27,201 nt of DNA from Piromyces finnis finn (lineage: Eukaryota; Fungi; Neocallimastigomycota): positions 1 through 27,201 of the forward strand of contig MCFH01000141.1 of the NCBI GenBank assembly GCA_002104945.1, written 5' to 3'. The translations under genes and the position numbers were made by a program. Positions 13,165 to 24,921 of the stretch are shown here, in pieces (position 1 is the stretch's first letter; each line of letters begins with the position of its first letter). Below the pieces are notes generated by a model that had not been told where the DNA came from, did not search any database, and worked only from the letters and a program-made list of their open reading frames with translations.

Positions 13165-14335
13165 CCCTTCCTTTTTTAATAATAAAAAAAGAAGAAAAGT
13201 TTTTTAATTTTTTTGAAATTTTTCTTTCTTTTATATTAAAATATTTTTAATGTGGTTCATTAAACTATTGACCAATAATATTCATTCATTTTAAATTATT
13301 TTTAAAAATTAGAAATTTTTTTAAAAATTTATTCCATTTTTTAATTAAAATTGATCTTAAATTCTTCAATTTAATTTCCAATATTTTATTATATTATGAC
13401 ATATATTATAAATGAATTACATATATTATAATAAACATTATTATATATACGCCATTGATTATTTTAAATTAAAATTAAAAATAAATAAATAAAAAAGAAT
13501 TTCTCTTTTTTTTATTTTTTTTTTTTTAATTTTTTTTTAAATATTAAAAAGAAAAGGCTAGTTGTCAGCTTGATAGTCATAAAGGTAAGTATTCTATTAT
13601 TATTTAATTTTTTAAAAAAAGAGGAAGGAATATAAAAAAAAGATGATAAAAAAGAAAGTTTTCAGAGTATAAAACCTATTTAATTAGGAAATGGATTATA
13701 ATCTTTGTTACTGCTTTTTATTATTTATTATAAACATAGAGGGAAATGAGGGTTTATCATAAACCTTGCTAGAAATATTTAAATAATTATTGCTTAATTG
13801 AAATAAAAAAACCTATTATTATATAATTTTAAAAAGATGTTGCATTTATACTTTGAAAAGAAAGATTTATAACCAATTGTGAAATTAAAAGAACCAACCA
13901 CAAAGATGGTTCAATTAAGTTTCTAATAATAGTTTTTTTTTTTTTTTTATTTTTTATAAAAATTGATATCTATATGATAATAATTAAAAGGAATTAAAAT
14001 AAATAGTGGAATATGAAACTTTTATTTTACTATATTTAAGTAAAAGATAATAAAGTCAGTGTATAATATGAAACTTTTATTTTACTATATTTAAGTAAAA
14101 GATAATAAAGTCAGTGTATAATATGAATGATATAAAAAATCAACAAAGTAAAAGTTATTTTATTACATATTAAAAAAAGAGTGAATATTAAAAAAAATAT
14201 TAGTAATAAAAGTAAATAAAAAGAATTTAGTTTAAAAATATTATAGAAATATCAGTAGAATAGAAAAAATAAACTAAAATAAAAAGATAATAATAATTAT
14301 AAAAATATATTATAAAAATATAAATATATATTAAT
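13165..14335 (+). repeat. Inverted repeat A, left arm (~1.17 kb)
   Basis: Matches the reverse complement of 24922-26016. Examples: aatgtggttcattaaactattgacc, ggctagttgtcagcttgatagtcataaaggtaagt, gaaccaaccacaaagatggttcaattaag. Confidence 0.95.
14010..14125 (+). repeat. 55-bp tandem duplication inside the left arm of inverted repeat A
   Basis: aatatgaaacttttattttactatatttaagtaaaagataataaagtcagtgtat occurs at 14010-14064 and 14065-14119, followed by a third aatatg. There is only one copy in the right arm (~25123-25176). Confidence 0.92.
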
Positions 14336-14383
14336 ATAAATAAAAAAAAAGAAATACTTGTGATATATATATATTTATTATAT

Positions 14384-14403
14384 AATAATAATAATAATAA
14401 TAA
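14384..14403. repeat. (AAT)n microsatellite
   Basis: Run of aat units. Similar short (TAA/ATT)n tracts occur at ~2119-2135, ~20464-20482 and their mirror copies. Confidence 0.8.
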
Positions 14404-16911
14404 ATACAAATAATATTTAATTAGCAAATATAATAATATTACATATCTTATTATTAGTATAAATGGTAAATAAAATTATGCTAAATTTCATATTAGATTA
14501 TATAGGATATAAAATAGAAAATAAGGATATTAATTTTTTTAATAGATAGTATTTTATTTAAATTTGATATATAATTATTACTAATTCATTAATTATTTTA
14601 TTAATATTGTAAATGTTGAAGGGATATTATTGATTAATTATTTTTTAAAAATGAAAGTTAGAATTTTTAAAATAATAATTAATATTTTATTAAAAATGAT
14701 GATGAAAAAAAAAAAAAAGGGGGGAAGCAAAGAATAAAAGATGCTTTGTATATAAAACTAATATTTATAAACACATCTATTAATATTAAACTTAAATGTA
14801 TATAATTGAAGATAGAAAATATGACTTTATTCATATAAACCATAATTTGTATATTTATTTAAAAAAAACATTATCAAGCAGAAATATTCATAAAATATAA
14901 ATAAATATGGATATTATATATATAAAGATATCAACATTATTTAATCTTATATACTCAAAATATCATTACCATAAACACAGCTTTGTTTTTAATAAAATGA
15001 TATTTAATGAAAAATCAATAAAAACATTATGAATAATAAAAATATACTATATATATTATTAAAATTTATTTTATGAATAGATATTTATTATTATCTTTCA
15101 TATTTAATTTTAAAAATGATTTAATGCATAATTTTAAAAAATGAGAAAAAACTTCTTTGAACAAAGATCATATAAACATTTGTAATAAAAAATACACATT
15201 ACAATCTCATAATCAGTTTTATGATTAAATAAAATTTATATTATAATGATTCATATGTTTATATATATTATTTACTAAGAAAATAAATCATGAAAATGTT
15301 GTTAATGAAACTTTTTATTAAAATGATATAAAAAGTAGAATTAGTTATAATTAAAAGGAGAATTTTAACAAAAAGTTGTTTCTTATTAAATTAATAAGAA
15401 AAATAACATGAAAAAATTGAAAAGTCAGTGTTTAAAGAGAAAGAAACTATTGGTAATAATAAATTACTTTTAAGATAGTAAAATTAGTTTATTAATACAC
15501 ATTTTTTTAAATTTTTGAAAGATGAATATATAAATCGATAGCTTTAAATATTAATAAGAAATTGAAATTAATAAAAGGAACTGATTATTTAACTCACTTA
15601 ACTATATTAAATTGAAAAGATATATTTAACATATTTAACTATATTAAATTACAAAAATATATTTTATTAATTTAATATTATTTACTGAATGTAATACTAT
15701 TTTTTTTTAAGTAAAATAATATGCAATACCTTTAATCAATTATTTTCATATTTTTTTTTATTGTTGAATATAAATATTCCAATTGAAAATAAGTTGAAAT
15801 ATTTAAGAATAATAATGTTAAATGATTTTTATATAATTACATTTATTATAAAAAGAATGTAAGAATATTTATAAATATAGAGTTTATTTATTTATTATTA
15901 CTGAAACACTGAAACATCTGATTTATCATAAATTTTTTAGTATCATATATATATAAAATTAAATTATTTAAATATTATAAAAATTATTTGTAAATTGATA
16001 GTTAATAAAATTAGCCACAGTATTATTATAGGAGAAAATATAATTTGTATTTTTAGTTACAAAGTTCTCGTTTTATTCATAAGAATAAAAATAATATATA
16101 AATTTTATTTTAAACCAAAAAAACATTTTCAATTCATATTGTAAGGTTATTATAACTATTCTCTTAATTATATTATTTAAAAAAGGAAACAACATTCTTA
16201 AAGTGTTAATTAGAAGAAGAAGCATTTAATAAAATAATAATTCTATAGGTTATATAATTTGTGTTTTATATAATATTATTGATATATGTAATCTATATGA
16301 TATTTAAATATATAAATTGCAAAAGATATACATAAAATCAAGAAGAAGGTGTAATGAATGAAATTTTGGTTTTAATTATAATTCAATTTTTATATATAAA
16401 AATATATTTTTTATTTATTATAATTATTTTTATAATTAATTTTTTAAAATTTAATTATTAATATATAATTTATCTTTCATCTGTAATTACATCTATTCTA
16501 TTGAAGGTTGACTACATAATAAAACAATTTATTTTACTATTACGACTTATGACATTTATGATATAATATAATAACTATTATTCATATATGTCAAGACTAT
16601 TTCTACCTATGTATTATAAATAGATACTATTAAATAATATAATGGCATTTTATTTTTTATAGGTATTAATAAATAAATAATCTCTAATCCCTTTTCTAAA
16701 CATTTCTATTTAATACATTATATATATAAACAGATTATATTTGAGGTAGAACATTGCACTACCCATTGATTTAGTATTATATATTCATACCAAATGATTA
16801 AGATTATAACTAAACTTATTTGAACTTATTATTTATATATTAATAATAATAATGAGATTAAAATACTTTTTTTTTAAATTATTATTTAAAATGAAAAAAG
16901 AAATTGAAAAA

Positions 16912-18967
16912 CTATAAGATTGATTTAATACATTCTGGAATGTATATTTTATGCGATAAATAAACATGAGAGATGTCAAATATTTTGATTAAATCATTAT
17001 TTGTTAGTGGATATTTCATTTTACTTATATTAAGAAGGATGGTGATGACAGTTATAAAATTATCCGATCTTAGGACAGGTTCTATTCTGTTAATTTTTAC
17101 GGTTGGATCTAATTTAATTTTTTTTAATTGGGAAGAAAAAATATTACTATCCAAAATAACTTCTTCTAAATTATGTAAACTCCATATATTGTTTGATATC
17201 GTTTGGAAATTATTATTATGCATATCTAGTCTTTTTAAACTAATACCAAGTGGAGGCAAATCTGTTAATTGATTATTACTTATATCCATATTCTCTGAAT
17301 ATTTCATATTAATTATATCATAGGGTAATTCAGTTAATTTTCTCTTTCTTAAATTTATTTCTTTACTTTCTAAAAGTATATCCATATTGTGTAATGGATA
17401 AAGATGCATCAACCTCTAACCTAAGTAATCCAGCTAGTTTTACAATTTCTTTTGGTAATTTTGTTATTTTATTATTAGTAAGATATAAACTACGTAAATC
17501 AGATAAATTTCCTATTTCTATTGGTAGCTCTATTAAATTATTAAAATTTAATTCTAAATTGGCTAATTTAGTCAAATTTCCTATTTCTTTTGGTAATTCA
17601 CTTAATTTATTATAAGATAATAATAAATTATATAAATTAGTTAAACTTCCTATTTCTTTTGGTAATTCTGTTAAATTATTATTATTTAGTTCAAAGTATC
17701 TTAGATTGATTAAATTTCCTATTTCTTTAGGTAGTTTGATAATACGATTGTACTTAATAGATAATTTCGTTAAGTTTACTAAATTTCCTATTTCTTTTGG
17801 CAATTCTATTAATTTATTATTAAAAAGCTTCAAACATTTTAAATTAGTTAAATTTCCTATTTCTTTTGGCAATTTAATTATTTGGTTATGTTTAAGTTTT
17901 AAAATTGTTAATTCTTTTAAATTTCCAATTTCTTTTGGTAATTCAGTTATTTGATTTTGACAAAGATTTAAGCTAGTTAAAAGTGTTAAATCGCCTATCT
18001 CTTTTGGTAATTTACTAATTCTATTATCATTAAGATTCAATATAGTTAAACGAGTTAAATATTTATTTCTTTAGGTAATTTTGTTAATTATTATACGATA
18101 GAAGCAAATTATATAAATTGGTTAAATTTCCTATCTCGTTTGGTAATTCTGTTAAATTGTTATAATTAAGTTCTAAATATCTTAGATTGATTAAATTTCC
18201 AATTTCTTTTGGTAATCTGATTAAATTATTATATTCAATGGACAAGTTCGTTAAGTTTATTAGATTTCCTATTTCTTTTGGCAATTCTATTAATTTATTA
18301 TTAAAAGTTTCAAACATTCTAGATTAGTTAAATTTCCTATTTCTTTTGGCAATTTAATTATTTGGTTATGTTTAAGCTTTAAAATTGATAATTTTTTTAA
18401 ATTTCCAATTTCTTTTGGTAATTCGGTTATTTGATTTTGACAAAGATTTAAACTGGTTAAAAGTGTTAAATTTCCTATTTCTTTTGGTAATTTACTTATT
18501 CTATTATCATTAAGATTTAAACTAGTCAAAAGTGTTAAATTTCCTATTTCTTTTGGTATTTTATTTAATTTATTATAAACAAGACTTAAATTTGTTAATT
18601 TAGTTAAATTTCCTATTTCTCTTGGTAGTTCTGTTAAATTATTACGTTCAAGAATTAAATTCACTAAATTAGTTAAATTTCCTATTTCTTTTGGTAATTC
18701 AGATGTATTATTGTGTTTAAGATTCAACTCAGTTAATCTGGTTAAACATCCTATTTCTTTTGGAAATTCTATTGTATATATATCATGAATCTCTAATATA
18801 TTCATATTAATAGCTTTTCCAAATAAAATAGAAAGAAGATTTTTAATTTTTTCTTTCCTATTATTATCAACATTAAGATGCTTATATCGCTCATTATTTA
18901 TTATTAGTTTTTTTAGATTTTGAAAGGTGAATTCTCTCACATGAATTTCTTTTAATTTATCAATCAT
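16912..18967 (-). CDS. LRR-only protein gene, paralog B (~20 canonical 23-aa LRRs plus ~3 degenerate ones, with N- and C-caps homologous to paralog A); frameshifted in this sequence
   Basis: ORFs 18290-18967, 18084-18317, 17363-18040 and 16912-17412 are collinear pieces of one gene. They are separated by single-base indels at ~18305, ~18088, ~18062 and ~17373, and I saw no substitution-type stop. Homology to paralog A ([23 protein letters not shown] vs VSDEAIKIDESETINIMIDELKK) extends upstream to ~19020, so the true start may be upstream of 18967. An ATG at 19076 would need one more indel. It could be an intact gene with consensus errors or a young pseudogene. Confidence 0.8.
17564..18526 (-). 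repeat. Intragenic tandem duplication of a 7-LRR block in paralog B
   Basis: Repeats 4-10 (starting 18526) match repeats 11-17 (starting 18046): [16 protein letters not shown] / [16 protein letters not shown] / [16 protein letters not shown] / [17 protein letters not shown] / ... / YNLLLSYN. Confidence 0.92.
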
Positions 18968-20161
18968 AATATCTATTATTTCAGATTCATATATTTTTAT
19001 ATCTTCATCCGAAATTATTTTTGTTGAATATTTGAATTTTCTCTTTTAATAGTTTATTTAAAGTGTTACTTCCCATTATTATAACTATTCACTATTTTTA
19101 TATATTTATAGTCATAGTCCTTTTTTTACAATACTATTATTATATTATTATTTTCTATAATATATCTTTTACTTTATTCAATATTTCATATTTTATTTAA
19201 ACACTTTATTATTATAATATTACTTTTACTATTTTCCTATTTTATTATTTTCCAAAGTAAAATAATATTTTTTTTTGTTTAGCTTTATTTTTTCTTTTTT
19301 TATTTTTTTTTGACTTCATATATTTTATATTTTAGTGGTTGGTTGTTTATAAATTTAATATATTGTAGAGTCAATTAAATTTTATATTTATATACAATAA
19401 TAAAAATTAGTGATATAAAAAAAATTCATTTTACCTAAAACTCTTATCAAATTTGATTTGTATTAAATTTTATTTTCATTCAAGCCACTAGTTATATTTA
19501 TAAAAATATTTTAATTCACTAATTGTAGTTTAATAACCAATTGTTCTTTATGTTAGAATAAAAATAGCTAAAGTTCTTTACTCTTTGATTTAATTTTAAA
19601 ATTGCTTTATTTTCATTTTAGAATAATCAATTAATTATTTTATAATGCTTATTTTACTTATAATACTTTTCAGTACATTTATATTTTCATCTGATATACA
19701 ATATAGAGTAAAAAGAACATGTATAAAAATTATATTTTGATATTGTGTAGTTGTTTTAAAATCTTTTTATATTTTTAATATTCTTTTTAAATTTTCTTAT
19801 GTCATATAAAATGTAACATTTAAACAAAGAAAATATAAAAAAATGATTGTTTATTGAAAGAAAAAAAAACATAAAAATGTACTTTAATTACAATTAAAAA
19901 TTTAAATAGTAAACATAAAATTTCATAATAAAAGGATAACATGTATTTTGAATAAATATAATACAATAATACATAGTTGCTTTAAAAATAATAATGAATT
20001 AATGAACAACTATTTTGTATAGTTTATCATGACAATTTTTAAATAAAAAGTAATGATAACAGTGATGGTATATCTTTAATAAAAAAAAGTGTAATAATAA
20101 CTACAAATATTTTATTATCAAATTTTCAATATATAAAGTATAAACTTTGATTGTTTTACCT

Positions 20162-20890
20162 ATATAAATGAATTATTATTTTTTTTCTTTCAAATTTTAT
20201 TTAATACTATTCATATTGTTATATGTTATATTATTGTATAGTTTATTTCAAATAGAATAATGAATAATCGATATAAAATTTAGTTATATTTAAAAATATA
20301 CTTTTTCTCTATTTGCTAAATCCAAAACAAATTTCAGTACAAACTTCAAAAATTAAAATAATACAATGATGCATTAAAAAAAATATTAAAATTATATTGT
20401 AGTAGTTTTTGGTTTAATAAAACTCTTATAATTTCAATTCATTTTAATAAATATTAATGCCTGATTATTATTATTATTATTATATCTATCATTATTAGAT
20501 CGTATTAACTTGAATATTTATATATTTATACGGTTAAATAAAATGTTATTAATCATTAATCAAGAAATAATAACTATTTTTTAAAATAAAATTTTTGCAC
20601 TTTAACAATTAAATATGATAATATGTAATATACCAAATGATTATTTTCCAATATAGGATTATTATTTAATATTTATAATTTATATTTATTTTTTATATTA
20701 TTGTAATCAATAGATTTTCTCTTTTTTATTTATTATTTTATTATATATATTTATTATATATTTACTATATATATTTATAGTATACCTTTTTACGCTTTTA
20801 TTAATATAGTTTACTATCCTTATTATATTTACAATATGAACCTATTAAAATTGTATATTCCAAATTTTATATAGATTCATTTATTAAATT
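20162..20890 (+). repeat. Inverted repeat B, left arm (~0.73 kb)
   Basis: Matches the reverse complement of 24083-24823. Examples: ctctatttgctaaatccaaaaca, agatcgtattaacttgaatatt, gtatacctttttacgcttttatt. Confidence 0.95.
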
Positions 20891-21269
20891 ATATATATAA
20901 ATATCATTTTATAATTTTTGTTTTATTACAGTATTTCACATCAATCATGAATATATTAAAGGCATTTCAAAATTTTAAAAGTCATTACACATACACATTC
21001 TGAAGAGATTACTTTTTAGATTTTCATTATTTCATAAACTTTTATTTAATATTATTTTTGCTAATAAAATACGTTGTTTATAACGGCAGTGCTAATTCAT
21101 CATCTTCAGTTTATCACATTGTATAGTATTTTAAAAATAAAAATAAAAATATATTAATATTTAATAAATGAAATAAAATATTTTCAGGTACATTAATTGT
21201 AAAATACTTTACTTTTTACTTGATGAATACAATGAATAAAGGTTTTTTATAAATTAAATTCAAAGTATC

Positions 21270-21486
21270 AAAGTCCACTTTTTTAAAGTTAAAGAGAAAA
21301 AAGGAAAAAAAAGTCTCTTTTAAAAGTAAAGTAAAAAAAAATTAATTTTTAATGATGATGCAATAATTAAAAAAATTAATTCAACATTTTGATCATGTAT
21401 GGTTTTAAATAAAAAAATTTTGAATTTTTTGAATTTCAAGAAATCACTTTATTTTTTTAAAAAAAAAAGTTGAAAAGTGGGACTTT
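21270..21486. repeat. Short imperfect inverted repeat pair (~13-14 bp) ~200 bp apart, possible MITE remnant
   Basis: aaagtccactttt (21270-21282) and aaaagtgggacttt (21473-21486, reverse complement aaagtcccactttt). No target-site duplication was seen. Confidence 0.2.
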
Positions 21487-23330
21487 TTCTTATTTTTTAA
21501 ATAACAAGGCAATTTTTCATTAAAGGTAAAGGTAAATAAAATAAAATGAATACATTTATAAATAACTAGTTCAACTGAATAAAATGAAGGAAAACAAACA
21601 AACATGAATTTTATTAATAAATTATTATTAAATAGAATAAAAGTAGGTTACTTTTTGGTTTCATTTTTTAACGTATCAAAATTCTTTTTTATTTCATTAC
21701 TATAAATACAATATTTAAAGAAAATTAAAGATAAATAATACGTATAATATTTAAAAATTAAAAAGAAAAATATTATTTGTAGTAATAATAAAAACTAATA
21801 TCACTTGGTTTATATTTGTTAGTCAAACAAACCTATATACCTTTATAGAAATATTAACTTAATATAGATATTTTTTATTTAGGTAATTGATTGAATATAT
21901 ATTGATAAGATTTCGAATTTTGATGTATTGAAAATCAATCATATACAAATACCGGTTAATGTTCAAATGTTATATTAATAATGTAACAATAGAAATAAAT
22001 TACCTAGTATTAAAATAATTTAGCCGAAATATTATTATAACATATAAATACTTACTAAAATGATATTGTTTATTTTTAAACTATAATATTATGATATTAA
22101 TGATTAAATATTTCAATAACTAATTGAATATAAGTTATGAGGTATTTTAAGATAAGATAACAGTGAACATTAAAGTATAAAAATAATAACTTTTAGCTTT
22201 TAAAAAGAATTCAAGTGAAGAACTTCAAAATTTAAAAATGATAATTAATATAATATATTCATTTTTATTTTTTATTTTATAAATACTTATTTTGTATGGA
22301 AATCATAAATTTATTAATACTTCAATACTATTATAATAAATATAAATATAATTATAGATTCAAAATTTAATAAATTTACATAAAATATATTATTTTATTT
22401 TTAGCCTTAAATATAATTCTATATAATAATTGAAATGGTTATAACTCTTACATAACTATTGCACTATTGTTGAAATTTAATGAAAAAGCAGTAAAAATGA
22501 TTTAAAATAGTTTTTAAAAGTTAAATTTAGAAATTATTATTTTTATAAATTAATTTATTATTTACATTGATATTTTCTTAATTGGAGAATAAAATTATGT
22601 AATTAGAATAATTATTGTAAATAATTTTGCATATATATAGTTATTTACAAAATAAGTTATAAATAAAAGATTTCTAAATATATGTTAATTTATTTAATAA
22701 AATAATATTTTAAAACAAAACAATTCTATTGCTATTTCCTTTATAAAAAATGGTTAAAATGTAATGAATTTATATTTCAAAATATATTATTTAAAAAATA
22801 TAATTCGATGAAAAAAAAATAATATGGAAAGGTTCAAGATATAAAAATGAAGAAAATTTAAAGAAGAGTATATTTGAAATTAAAAACATTATGGATACCA
22901 ATTTATAAATGAATATTTATATATTCAATTACAAATATTTATATTAAAAAGTTTTATATATAAATTAAAAGAAAGAAAATATTTTGTGATATAACCATTA
23001 ATAAAAAAAGAAATAAAAAAAATATAAGATACATATATCATATTGTTAATTAAAAATATAATGAGGATTGTATATTTATTGTGACAGTAATATATTAAAA
23101 AATTAATGTAACATTTGAAAATTTTACACATCATTAGAAAAAGATAGATTTGATGAATAAAATTTATTTAACAAACAAGAATAAAGGTATAAATACTTTA
23201 AAGCATTTCAAAATTATATTAAAATATAAATATTACTATGTTAATAAAATAAAATTCATTTAGGTTTGTTGAAATAAAGACTGTTTATTATAAGAAATTA
23301 TTAAATCTTATCAATTTATTTTCTTGTATA

Positions 23331-23902
23331 GAAAAAATTGAAATTGAAAATCAATCAATAAAAAATAATTATGTTAGTCTAAGAAATAATTCATTTAATA
23401 AAATATTAATAGATTTAAAGTCAAAAGAAGAAAAAAATGACAACAGATAAAAGTAAAAATAATTTAATACAAAAAGAAATAGTAAAAACAATAATAAAAA
23501 TTAGTAATAATATAAAAGAAAATAAAAATGTTAAAATTGATTATTTTAATAATCTTAAAAATGATAAAGTTACTAAGATATAATAGGAATTCATTATATA
23601 TCATTAAATATATATCAGGTATTTAAAATAAATAATAAAAATTATATTCAATTAAAGAGAAATTTCCAAATAAAATCGAAAATTAATTATTTAAATTTTA
23701 TGATTTATATTATATTTAACTTTATGAATTTAAAAATTGAAATATAAGAATATATAACTAATTTAAATTACTTATATATACATAAATATAATTTCAAATG
23801 TATATTAAAGATATAAAGATACCTGAAAAAGAAAACCAAAAAATGTTAAATAGAAATGAAATAAATGAAATATATGAAAACAGAATAAATAATAAACTAT
23901 GA
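23331..23902 (+). pseudogene. Possible decayed low-complexity (K/N/I/E-rich) coding remnant
   Basis: An acceptor-like tttattttcttgtatag ends at 23331. It is followed by the open stretches EKIEIENQSIKNNYVSLRNNSFNKILIDLKSKEEK, MTTDKSKNNLIQKEIVKTIIKISNNIKENKNVKIDYFNNLKNDKVTKI* (23437-23583) and MYIKDIKIPEKENQKMLNRNEINEIYENRINNKL* (23798-23902). There is strong A-over-T skew. No family was recognised. Confidence 0.2.
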
Positions 23903-24082
23903 ATATAATAACATATATATTTAATTTTTTCTAATACTTATTTATTTTGTTATACATATTTTTATATACATAATATAATATAAAGTCAGAAATTCAATAT
24001 TTAAAATAAAAAATTCAAAAATGAAATAATAATTATATATATATTGTATTATAATTAATATCAAAAAAGTAGATGTAAAAGA

Positions 24083-24823
24083 AATTTAATAAATGAATCT
24101 ATAATAAAATTTGGAATATACAATTTTAATAGGTTCATATTGTAAATATAATAAGGATAGTAAACTATATTAATAAAAGCGTAAAAAGGTATACTATAAA
24201 TATATATAGTAAATATATATAATAAATATATATAATAAAAATAATAAAATAAAAAAAGAGAAAATCTATTGATTACAATAATATAAAAAAAATAAATGAT
24301 AAATTATAAATATTAAATAATAATCCTATATTGAAAATAATCATTTGGTATATTACATATTATCATATTTAATTGTTAAAGTGCAAAAATTTTATTTTAA
24401 AAAATAGTTATTATTTCTTGATTAATGATTAATAACATTTTATTTAACCGTATAAATATATAAATATTCAAGTTAATACGATCTAATAATGATAGATATA
24501 ATAATAATAATAATAATCAGGCATTAAATATTTATTAAAATGAATTGAAATTATAAGAGTTTTATTAAACCAAAAAACTACTACAATATAATTTTTAATA
24601 TTTTTTTTAATGCATCATTGTATTATTTTAATTTTTGAAGTTTGTACTGAAATATGTTTTGGATTTAGCAAATAGAGAAAAAGTATAACTTTTAAATATA
24701 ACTAAATTTTATATCGATTATTCATTATTCTATTTGAAATAAAACTATACAATAATATAACATATAACAATATGAATAATAATATAAATAAAATTTGAAA
24801 GAAAAATAATAATTCATTTATAT
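24083..24823 (-). repeat. Inverted repeat B, right arm (~0.74 kb)
   Basis: Reverse complement of 20162-20890. It ends only ~100 bp before the right arm of repeat A. Confidence 0.95.
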
Positions 24824-24921
24824 TAAATAATATATATACTATTTAATTTGAATGGTAAAACTTAGTAATATGAAATTTAAAAAATAGTTAACTATATAAT
24901 TATGCTAACATTTCATTTAAC

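Noticed and set aside
15270-15330. Kinase-like snippet KINHENVV
   Set aside because: It is too short, is followed by stops, and no other kinase motifs are nearby.
844-18000. Antisense ORFs over the LRR genes (844-1293, 8625-9119, 9176-9481, 10256-10534, 16973-17272, 17394-17615, 17706-17954)
   Set aside because: These are shadow frames of the LRR coding strand (FPISFGN is the antisense reading of LPKEIGN), not separate genes.
17564-18760. CRISPR-like or diversity-generating array: constant ~22-nt repeat with variable ~47-nt spacers
   Set aside because: The 69-bp period is in frame and encodes LRRs. No cas genes or reverse transcriptase are present.
10879-19319. Lys-rich ATG-initiated stretches upstream of both LRR paralogs (ATG 11037 and ATG 19319) as a shared N-terminal extension
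   Set aside because: Both have many stops, and the similarity is only low-complexity Lys richness expected from A-rich DNA.
20140-24860. Target-site duplication defining B..B' as a Tc1/mariner, hAT or Mutator element
   Set aside because: No matching TA, 8-bp or 9-bp direct repeat was found at the apparent outer ends.
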